From Takakia lepidozioides (Eukaryota > Plantae > Bryophyta), in assembly GCA_030704615.1 (NCBI GenBank), contig CM060732.1, positions 57,040,001-57,104,000 on the forward strand: 64,000 nt of DNA. The letters run 5' to 3'. The translations under genes and the position numbers were made by a program. Below the pieces are notes generated by a model. It made no database searches. It worked only from the letters and a program-made list of their open reading frames with translations, and was not told where the DNA came from. Shown here piece by piece: positions 26,450 through 36,480 of this stretch (positions within the stretch are counted from its first letter, which is position 1; every line of letters starts with the position of its first letter).

Positions 26450-27450
26450 CTAGCGTGGGAACGCTTGGGAACGCGTGTGAACTCCTTGGGAACTCAAGGG
26501 AACACGTGAGAACGCTTGGGAACTCGTGGGAACGTGTGAGGACGCGTGGGAACATTGCCCCAGGATTGGGAGCATCGCCGTTGACCCATCGGATAAACTA
26601 TTGAGCCAGTGGATGAAAATCGGCACTCCTGGATGAGAATCGGTCGCAGTGAATGAAATCTGCACCAGTGGATGAAACCTTGGTATCGGATGAACTATTA
26701 CACTATCGGATGAGAAATTGCAGCGACAGATGAAACTGCGTCAGCGGATGAAATCGTGGCAGCAGATGAACTATCGTGCCATCAATTGCGGTGACGGATG
26801 AAACTGCCCCAGTGGATGAAATCGTGCCAGTGGATGAAATCTCGCACTTACGGTTGAACTATCGAGCCAAATGAAATATCGGACCTGCAGATGAGAAATC
26901 GAGGTTTTGGATGAAATTTGGTCAGTGACGGATGAAAAATTGACTGACTGTGAATATTTTTGGAACCTTATGGGGGCTTGTTTGAGGACTATTTGGGGTC
27001 TATTGAAGCCAATATCTTGCAGGCTTGTGGAGCCCGCTTGGGGCTGTTTGAAGGACTATTTGGGGTCCTTTGAGGCCAATGTTTGGCAAGCCTGTGGAGC
27101 CGTATGAGGGCTAGTTGGAGGACAATTGGAGGTCCTTGGAGGCCCATATTGGGAAGACTTATGGAGCTTTCTAAGAGCTCTTTGGGGGACTATTGGAGAT
27201 CCTTGGGGACAAATACTTGGCAGATTTGAGGAGCTTCTTAAGGGGGAGGAGCTTCTTAAGGGCTGTTGGAGGACTGTTGGAGGTCCTTGGAGGCCAATAC
27301 TTGGCAAATTTGAGGAGCTTCTTAAGGACTGTTGGAGGATTGTTGGAGGTCATTGGAGGCCAATACTTGGCAGATTTGTTAAGCTTCTTAAGGGCTGTTT
27401 GGAGGACTCTTGGAGGTCCTTGGAGGTCTATATTAGGGGCTGATTGAGGG
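26450..27450. repeat. Arrays of short tandem repeats in the 5' leader of DNMT-Gypsy copy 1
   Basis: GGGAAC-type units at ~26455-26560, GGATGAA-type units at ~26590-26940, and ~63-bp TTGGAGGTCCTTGGAGGCCAATACTTGGCA...CTTAAGG units at ~27000-27450. Confidence 0.75.
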
Positions 27451-28102
27451 CAGATTTCAGAAGTTCATGGCAATAATTTAAGGGCTCCTAAGAGTTATTT
27501 GAGAGGTTATTTAAGGATAGTCTTATCTATTGTCGAGCAAGAGTGAGTGTGAAGATAGGGGGAGTAATGGGCTGAGAGCATTCTGGAGTTAGATATTGCC
27601 TTAGCTTGCCTTCTCTATAGTCTTCCATCATTCTTATAGGCCAAAGCTTTTCCGTAAGTGGAGGCAGAGCTAGTTTGGATAGAGACTTGGCCATCTTGTA
27701 GGTTTATTGGAGCCGCAAGGAGATCGAATGATTTAAGGTGTGGGAGGTGTTGTTGTTTGAGTTTCATGTGTATGAATCCTCCTCCCACACATGCATGCTT
27801 GACTGTGTGTCATGCTAGTTTGGTTTGGGTGCTTACTTTTATAGGTGGTTGTGCCGGAAATATTGTGGACGGCCAACCCTAGCGCGTACTGTCGGTGGTG
27901 AGGCTGGGGTGATGACCAACAGACCATCATTGTTTCTCTTATGGTGAGGCTGGGTTGATGACCAGCAGACCATATGAGTGCCTGCGGTGGATGCAGATGC
28001 AGGTTCAGGTTAGGAATATAGTATTCCAAACCATAAGCCGCAACAGGTTCTCTACTCGGTTACCTTGTGGAAAGGGGGATTAGAGACAAGTTGATAGCCG
28101 AT

Positions 28103-30240
28103 TTGAGTGTGAGTTTTCATCACGGAGGGGCCACCAGTTGCTGAGGAGAGTGCCAATACGAGCACCAGCGATATTAGTGGGTATACAAGACGAGGTGTGC
28201 GGTTTAGGCCACCTTCACCTTCAGTGTCTTCTGAGGAAGGTTCAGACTCATAGTTATGAGGATTCTCGCCGAGGGTGCAAGCCATTTCCGTGCCATTGTT
28301 GTGGGATACGATGGAGGAAATGTATGGAGCTACTAAGGGGCCATGTCGGTACTCTGGAACTGTGGGCACCATCGAGCTTGATTATTTCATACAGGAGTTT
28401 GATAGTTGGTGTGATTTGCAGCAGATGCGCAATCCACAACTATTTATGCCTTTTATGGCGTAGAAGGGGCTGTTTCAGCACCTTGAGGGGCCGCCTATGG
28501 ATGACTACCATGAGTTTAGGCGGGGAAATGAGGTGGAGATTGAGGAGTGGTGACAATATTGGTCACCTGACTATGTCTTCATCACTAGAGGCACAAGGGC
28601 AGCGGCGACACTAGCAGCTACACCAATATCCCCAACTGCAAGCACTAGTAGTGGGACAAGTAAAGATGGAGCTGGGAAATCCATTCAAGCTCATGCTGTA
28701 GCACCAGCACCCATGCCTGCCTTTAATCTAGTTATGGAGTTCTTCGAGGAGTTGAGGAGAAACTACCGGGGGATGAGGACGGAGAAATTGCGGAGCTTGC
28801 AAGAGTTCCAGCGCAAGCCTACTGAGAGTTTGAGGGAGGCTTACATGTGTATGAGGTGATTGATACATATAAGCCAAGGAGTTACGGAAGCTCAAGTAAT
28901 CCAATTATGATATGGGATATTGGATAGGGAGCTGAGGAGATTGGTGCGGGATGCAACTCTCCTACAAGTGGCCCAACCCACCTTAGCAAACGTGTTTTTG
29001 CTGGCAGAGCGGATAGAGCTCAATATAGTGGAGGAGCAAGTGGTCATGGTGGGGTTTTGTAAGGAGACACAACGAAGTGGGGCTCCTAGCCAACAACAAC
29101 CACTACCCCAACGTACTCAAGGTAACAAGGGGGCTCAGGCGAGGCCTAGAGAAGGACAGAGAAGATCTCAATTGCAGAGGTCACTTCCTCAGGCCAACAA
29201 CAGTCGGGTTTGACATGCTGAGATTGTGGAGGACCCCATGTTAAGAGAGATTGCCCAGAGAGATGCAAAGGGCCGGCACAGGCACAGCCTACACAACTAC
29301 AGTGTGGGCATTGTGACAAGTATAGGCATGAGGAGGCCCATTGTTATGACTTGCATCCTGAGCTACGGCCAGGCCAGTTCCAAAGGAACAACGAGGACGA
29401 GGCAATGTAGTCCAGAGAGGTAGAGGAGGCAGAGGTTGCAGTGGAGGTCATAACCAAAACCAAGGAGCACAGGGTCAAGGCCAAGGTCATGACCAAGACA
29501 TGGTAGATAGGCTTGCCCAGCTAGAGCAACGTCTTGCTGCCATGGCCGCTACTAATGTGGCGCCAGCTCCAAGGCCTGAGGTTCAAGCCCCACCTGCACA
29601 ACCTCCTATGCCTAGGGAAGACCAGATTGGTATGGGCTTCATGTGTGGAGCCACACTTGCTGGACCATTGCATGTGGACTCTGCAGCTGCTGTCACTCGA
29701 GTAGCAACTCGTGCTCCTGAGCCAAGAGGAGCGGATGTGGATTTTGATCCACAAAGGGGGGAAGCAAATCGACAGACAAGGCTTCCACAGTCTTTCACAT
29801 TGGATCAGGATGGTGTGTTTCAATTGGGTGCCCCAGCCGGGAGGAGGTATAGGCCACTGCGGGTCTTGTTGGACTCGGGAGCATAACCATCGATGTTGGG
29901 AAGAGCAGCAATTGCAGGCTTGGGCCTTACAGAGACAGATTTGGAGCCTTGCCCTTTCCAAATTCAAACATCTTTGGGCGGTTCAGAGAAGGCACGAGGG
30001 ACTATATGCCATGAGCTCTTGATTCGATTGCAGCCGGATCATCCTACGGACTGCTTAGTCATGAGAGCTAAATCCATTGTTATGGACGCGATGTCTTATG
30101 ATGTGCTTGTTGGTGGGGTGGTGTTATACCCCACGGGATTCACTCTGGACTTTTGGGAGGAAACGACATCTTACATGCTGGAATGGCAGTCAGGAGATGG
30201 CCGACGTGTACTGCTCCCAGTGCGGTTTATTGGGAATGTA
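28103..30240 (+). pseudogene. Copy 1 gag (capsid-like region and zinc knuckles) and aspartic protease
   Basis: MEEMYGATKGP..FIQEFDSWCD, two CCHC-like knuckles at ~29215-29345, and protease RVLLDSGA at ~29860-29883. Collinear with 58743-61290. Confidence 0.85.
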
Positions 30241-30585
30241 GCGGTGGATCATAGGAACATGATGCCCACATTGGCTGCATTTTCAGGGGTGGTGGCTTTG
30301 GATGGTGAGCTCTTGGAGGGCAATAGTCGTGCAAATGATAGGCCATCACCTGATGAGGACAAACAATTGGCATACAAGGCTGATGTGCTTCCTCATGTGC
30401 CTGTGAATATTCCACTGTGGAGTACGGTTGGGAATTTGCATCGAGTAGCAAGCGAGTGTGTGCACCAAGCATGACAGGAGACATTTCCATTGATGAGTGA
30501 GGGGAGTTCAGTGACATCACCTGGACCTCCTGAATTAGCTCATTTGGACACAGTGCCCATTACCTGGCAACCACCTGACTCAGGG

Positions 30586-31530
30586 ATTTGTTTGCTAGAC
30601 CTGTTTGGAGGCATTGGGCTTGCAGGAGTATTGCAAGCAGGGATTAAAGTATGCAAGTACTTGTATGTGGAGAAGGATGAGATAGCTCGGCGTATTTCTA
30701 TGTGTCACATCGCCTTGCTCACACACCGGTATCTTGAGTTGTTGCCTCTCTCAGCAATTCAAGGGTATCAAAAGGCCTTGCCAACAGACATTACCTTGCT
30801 GGGGGCGGATGATTTGGACTGGCATGGTTCCATTGACTTAGTGATAGCCGGATGGCCTTGCTATGGACACTCTCCCATAGGTCATGGGAATGGCTTACAT
30901 GATGCGCGATAGCATTTATTTTGGGAGATGTTGCGAGTGTTGCGGGACTTGCAGGCGAGGCAAGTGCAACCTCTAGGCTATATCTTGGAGAATGATCCTC
31001 TTATGGGGGATTCTTGGGCCAGGGTTATTACCAGTGTGTATCAGGTCTGGTCTTGGATTGGATCGGTGGTGCTATTGGATGCAGCAGCGGTGGGATCACG
31101 CGCGCATCGACCTCGATTGTGGTGGACCAATCTTGCACCACCAGAGCTGCTTCAGAGAGCATACAATTCCATTCAACGGCCACCCAATCTCACGGTTGAG
31201 GGCATTTTGGACCAAGGGAGGCAACCACAAAGGGTGCGACATGATGACCGTCCACCTCTAGCAGTGGTCAATCGAGTGGGGCAGCCACGTGCGGCCTTGC
31301 CTACAGTCATGAGTTTCCCCTCGTCTCATGCTTTCCGAGACAACGGTCCTGGGTTGATTTGGGATAGTGTGCTACAGTAATTGGTGGAGCCCAATGCAAA
31401 TGAGCGAGAGCGGGCAATGGGTTTTACCACAGGCACTACAGATGTGTCAGCTCTGTCAGAGGTATCACGCCGTCAAGTGTTGGGTCAAGCAATAGATCTA
31501 AATTGCTTGACATGGATAATTGGCTCGTAC
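30586..31530 (+). pseudogene. Copy 1 C5 cytosine methyltransferase domain (DNMT3-like) embedded in pol
   Basis: Motif I LLDLFGGIG, motif II YVEKD, motif IV IDLVIAGWPC, motif VI YILEN, motif VIII AHRPRLWWTNL, motif IX ERERAMGF, motif X RRQVLGQA. Two premature stops. Confidence 0.88.
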
Positions 31531-32055
31531 ATGGTTGAGCAACGGAGATTGCAAGCATTGGTGGCTACTTCTGTACTCCCATTGGATAGTGCATCCTCCC
31601 TGCCAACCGGGACGGTTGAGGCAGTGAGTGGGGGCGAGCACAGGATCGTGGGTTGCAAACACCCATGTCAGATGTGGGATGAGATGCGCAAAGAGAGAGT
31701 CATTGGATCTCTCAAGCATCAGTATGAGGAGTGGGGAGAGCCATGGACTGAGGATCAGTTGGAGGCCAAGGTGGCCAAGGTTTTTGAAGAGGTTGAGGAT
31801 GTTTCTTGCGTGGATGATGTTCTCAAGGTGGCTATGGCGGAACAAGTGGAGGCTACGCAAGATTGGGTGGACAAGGCCCAAGAGGTTGCTATCTAGCAAC
31901 CAAAGGATGCGTCTCCTACCTCCAAGCCTGATGTACCCAAGGTTACAGTCACTGAGGACAATTGGGAACAAGATATTGGACCTACAGTCACTGGAGGAGA
32001 GAGACGGAGGATCCATCGAATTCTAAGGGCTTACAGAAATCGCTTTGCCTTCGGT

Positions 32056-33370
32056 TTGAAGGATTTGGGGCGTTTGAAAGGTCAGGAGATTTGTATTGAT
32101 TTGGTAAGTGACACGCCAATCTTTCGAAGGCCCTACTGGTATAGTGACATGGAGAGGTCATTAATCCAGTCTTGGACTATGGAGTTGTTCGAAGCTGGAT
32201 TGGTGGAGTTCTCAGGCGGAAAGTATGCCTTGGCAATGGTGATGCTAGCTAAGAAGGATATCTATGGCAATTGGACAGAAAGAAGGATGTGTGGGGACTA
32301 TCGTCCTATGAACCGTCAGACTAAGTCCGATAGATATGCCATGCCAACTCCAGAGGAGATCTTTGATGCCAATGGGCATGCAAAAGTGGTTAGCACATTG
32401 GATTTGCGATCTGGTTACCACCAATTGCCAATCAAAGATGATGACAAGCAAAAGACGACATTTTGGGGGATGGACCAACATGAGAAGGATTGTTTGTACC
32501 AATGGCGGTTCTTACCGTTTGGGATGAAAAATGCTCCTGCAGAGTTTCAGAGGGTCATGGATAAGATTCTTGCGGGGCTAGACTTCGCCCGGTGCTACAT
32601 TGATGACATCATCATCTTTAGTGCTACGGTTGAGGAGCATGAGAGACACCTTCAGGTGGTGTTTGAGCGCTTGAGAGCGCACGGGTTGAAACTGCACCCC
32701 GGAAAGTGTAAGTTCTTCCACAATCAGGTTGAGTATCTGGGCCACATGATATATCTTGGAGGATTGGGTGTTCAACAGACAAAGGTGGAGGCCATTGCAC
32801 GCATTCCACGCCCCATAGATGTAAGCAGAGTTCGTGCTTTCATGGGGTTGGCAAACTACTATCGTTGGTTTGTCAAAGGATTTAGTAGCATTGCAAAGGC
32901 TCTTACCAAGTTGACCAAGGTGGGTCAGGAGTGGCAATGGACGGAGGAGCAGGAGGAAGCCTTTGAGGATCTCAAGGCTCGATTGACTTCTGCACCTATT
33001 CTAAGGCGGCCTATTCGGGGGCGGCCTTTCCAGCTACATACGGATTGGAGTATGCTGGGGATTGGAGCAGTGCTCACACAGGTGGATGATGAGGGAAGAG
33101 AGTTTGTAGTGGCATATGCTAGCCGCTTGAACAATGATGCCGATGCGAAGTATAGTTCCTATGAAGGGTCTAGCTGCGATATGGGCAGTGGCACATTTCA
33201 GATGTTACCTCTATGGCAATCTCTTCACCCTTGTCACGGATCACCAACCGTTGAAGTGGTTGATGGAGTCAGACAAGCTTACAGGGAAGCTTGCACGGTG
33301 GGCACTCATGCTTTAGGTAGTGCATCGAGCCGGTATTGTCAATCGGGATGCATATGGATTGAGTCGTAAT
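32056..33370 (+). pseudogene. Copy 1 reverse transcriptase and RNase H
   Basis: RMCGDYRPMN, LDLRSGYHQ, LPFGMKNAPAEFQR, YIDDIIIF, LHTDWSMLGIGAVL and TLVTDHQPLKWL. Confidence 0.95.
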
Positions 33371-33699
33371 CCATGCACGAGTGAGCATGATGATACTGGA
33401 GCTCGGTGGCATGGTGAGACGGATGAAGAGATGATGCCAGGATGGCATGCATCGGCATTTTTGTGCATTCTAGCAATGGGACTCAAGCTGGTCCATCCCA
33501 TGCGATTGGTCATATAAATAGCGTGCATGACAATCCAGAGACTAGTGAGAAGTTTGGTGGTGTTAAGGATGAAGATGCAACAGTGTTGGCATACCTTCGT
33601 ACCGGAGAGACAGCAGCCAGTGTAACTGCTAAGGAGAGAGATCGGGTCCTCACCAAGATATTCAAGTGGGAGGGGACTCACCTACTCCGGGTATGGGAG

Positions 33700-35065
33700 G
33701 ATGGACGAGTGAGGATTGTGCCTCATCCAATACAACGAGCGCGATTGGTACGCCATGCCCATGAGGAGTTAGGACATTTTGGGGTGCGGCGCACTCATAG
33801 TTTGCTGCAAGGGCAGTATTGGTGGCGGGGCATGTTCACGGATGTGCAACAGTTAGTGACAAGGTGCATGGTGTGTGATAGAGTGCGGGCTTCTTTCAAT
33901 GCCCCTACTCCACAATTGCATCATTTACCCATTATGGGTTTGGGCTGTCGTTGGAGTCTTGACTTCGCAGGCCCATTGCCATTGACGATTCACCATAACA
34001 AGTATGTGCTGGTGATGGTGGAATATTTTTCCAAATGGATTGAACTGGTGGCATTGAAACCCCACTAGCTAGATCTTGGATCACTTGTCCACCTCACCAT
34101 TGTCATGCCTACTACCTCTGTCTAAGGCATCGTTGACACAACCATTCTCCTATAGGAACCTCCTCAAGTGGCGGTGTCAAGCATCCCATGTGCCACCCCC
34201 TTGAGCATTTGTCACACACCAATATGGTTGCGGCGCCACCACCATGCCCACATAGCATGCAACGCAAACTTATAGGTACCACTGCAAGGTTGGGATCTAT
34301 CCTCCCATCTATATGTGGAAGGTGACATGACGCACAATTCCGCACGTGGTCCTTCCATACCATGCCATCTCGACCCTCCAGAATCAACACTCCTGAAGGC
34401 AATATCTCCCTGACCCTTAGAATCACACGTCCTGCTGTGACATCCAAGGTTGTAGGTGTTGTCTGCTGCAGATACACATAGTCCCCAGGGTGGAAACGCC
34501 GAATACTTGGCCGATATCCCCCTCCATGTATAGTGGCGTACCTCAATAGGTCTCGGTGTTGGGCAATAGCAAGGTTCTCAAAAGCCATAGGCATGACTCT
34601 CTTGAACAACTCTGCCCGCTGGGCACATGCTTGTGTCCACACATCCGGATCATCAAGGTTGAGAACTACTGCAGCCTCCATGCGAATAGATGCAGGCAAA
34701 TCCGGCTCTCGGTCGAAGAGAAGAAAGTAATGTGAGAAGGAGACAAGTGAAGCTTGTTTGCTGAACCTATAGCCCATAGCTAGCCAAGGCCGCTGAAGGT
34801 CCCAATCTCCTAGGTGTCCCTTCCACGAACCGTACTTGCGCAAACCTCTCTTGACTGTCTAAACAACTCTCTCCGCCAAGCCATGAGCCTCGGGATGATC
34901 CCAAAAAGTAGTGCGGTGATCTATCAAGGCTTGCTCACACAAAGCCTGAAACTCCCCCAAGAACTCTCTCCCCTAGTCCGTGAGTACCTCAACTGGAGCA
35001 CCAAAATGGCTAAGCACTCGATCTAAGAATGCATACGCAGCCCCCTCACTTGCCTTATCGGGAAG
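33700..35065 (+). pseudogene. Copy 1 DDE integrase with C-terminal PHD finger; segment ~34052-35065 is inverted (reads on -)
   Basis: HHCC zinc domain (HEELGHFG..CMVC) and WSLDFAGPLP on +. The continuation LPDKASEGAAYAFLDRVLSHFGAP.EVLTD..GLAERVV..CMLCG..VCDKC..WHMGC..WLCQRC is on -. Confidence 0.9.
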
Positions 35066-35242
35066 ATCATGGATTGCATGAAAGCGACTAACGATGGGGC
35101 TATGTTTGCACCCGGCCTCTTGATCTATTGACTTCAGGTGTTGGGACTTGTGCGATTGAAGACCAAGCGATGATCTTATTGGGGTGGATACTTGCAAAAT
35201 ATCCGGTGTTAGAGGGACCTAATCACCAGCTAGGGGGCCGAT

Positions 35243-35767
35243 TGTGGCGTGGCTTTCTAGGACTATATGCTAGGAAGTGTGGTTGGACAGCGATGTATGT
35301 TGTGGCACGATGCTTATGTGCACGACAGCTGTCATGGTTTTGTTTGTGATTAGTTAGAAATAGTTATTTCTAGCTAATTAGGACATTATACATTTATATT
35401 TGTATTTTGTTGGCATTGGGACTTCATTTGGTTCCATGTGCCAAAGTGAGGTGACGAACCTCACTTGGGACGTAGAGAGGTTATCTCCACGTGAGACGTA
35501 GGCAGGCTCGTCTTCTTCTAGTCGAGCCTCCCGAGGCCTCTCTCGCTGCCATAGCTCTAGTAAGTCTTGAGATGAAGAGTGGGTGAGGTCTGTATGGTGG
35601 AGTCATTTAACAAAGGTGTCATTGGCTTGATTTATATAACGTGATAGAGTGGTTTCTCCTCCTTTCACCATTTCCGTATCATTGTGGCGTGGCTTTCTAG
35701 GACTATATGCTAGGAAGTGTGGTTGGACAGCGATGTATGTTGTGGCATGATGCTTAGGTGCACGACA
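35243..35767 (+). repeat. 3' terminal A1(35243-35327)-GC-B2(35330-35681)-T-A2(35683-35767) of copy 1
   Basis: A1 and A2 are 85 bp with 2 differences; B2 matches B1. Preceded by PPT-like AGCTAGGGGG at ~35228-35237. Confidence 0.92.
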
Positions 35768-35771
35768 CATA

Positions 35772-36480
35772 CCTCAATGTATCTCGGTGTTGGGCAATAG
35801 CAAGGTTCTCAAAAGCCATAGGCATGACTCTCTTAAACAACTATGCCTGCTGGTCTTATGCTCGTGTCCACACATCCGGATCATCAAGGTCAAGGACTAC
35901 TGCAGCCTCCCGACGAATAGATGCAGTCAAATCTGGCTCTCGGCCGAAGAGAAGAAAGTAAGGTAAAAACGAGGCAAGTGATGCTTGCTTGCTAAACCTG
36001 TAGCCCATGACCAACCAAGGTAGCCGAAGGTCCCAATCCCCTAAGTGTCCCTTCTACAAGCCATACTTGCGCAAGCCTCTCTTGACTGTCTGAACAACTC
36101 TCTCCGCCAAGCCATCAGCCTCGAAATGATCCTGAGAAGTAGTGCGGTGGTCTATCAAGGCTTGCTCATACAAAGCCTGAAACTCCCCCAAAAATTCTCC
36201 CCTGGTCTGTGAGTACCTCGGCTGGAGCACCAAATCGGCTAAGAACTCAATCTAATAATGCATACGCAGCCCCCTCACTTGCCTTGTCAGGCAATACCAC
36301 CAGTTCAATCCATTTGGAGAAATGTTCCACCATCACCAACACATACTTGTTATGGCGAATTGTTAGTGGCCGCCCTGACTGTGGCGTAGCCGCCACTTGC
36401 TCCGCCATAGCTACCTTGAGAACATCCTTTGAGCAAGAAACATTCTCAACCTCTTCAAAAACCTTAGCCACCTTCGCCAG
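35772..36480 (-). mobile_element. DNMT-Gypsy copy 0, upstream part: integrase core joined to the post-DNMT spacer (RT/RH deleted), 5'-truncated
   Basis: ORF 36247-36471 (-) reads AKVFEEVENVSCSKDVLKVAMAEQVAAT..PLTIRHNKYVLVMVEHFSKWIELVVLPDKASEGAAY. Its two parts lie ~2.1 kb apart in copy 1. Confidence 0.85.

Larger units (their letters stand above)
18007..35767 (+). mobile_element. DNMT-Gypsy family copy 1: full-length degenerate Ty3/Gypsy element (gag-PR-DNMT-RT-RH-INT-PHD) with split terminal repeats and 4-bp TSD CATA; contains a nested chromovirus and an internal inversion
   Basis: Starts TGTCATG (18007) and ends CACGACA (35767). CATA occurs at 18003-18006 and 35768-35771. Removing the element restores the host integrase sequence (compare 34525-34560). 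Confidence 0.9.

Noticed and set aside
30490-31896. Host DNMT3/DRM gene or bacterial restriction-modification methylase (contamination)
   Set aside because: The domain is intronless and continuous with protease and RT at the same position in two retroelement copies. No PWWP/UBA domains or restriction partner are present.
18007-35767. DIRS/Ngaro tyrosine-recombinase element (suggested by split repeats and a methyltransferase)
   Set aside because: It encodes an aspartic protease and an HHCC/DDE integrase, makes a TSD, and has a C5-cytosine rather than adenine MTase. No YR motif was seen.
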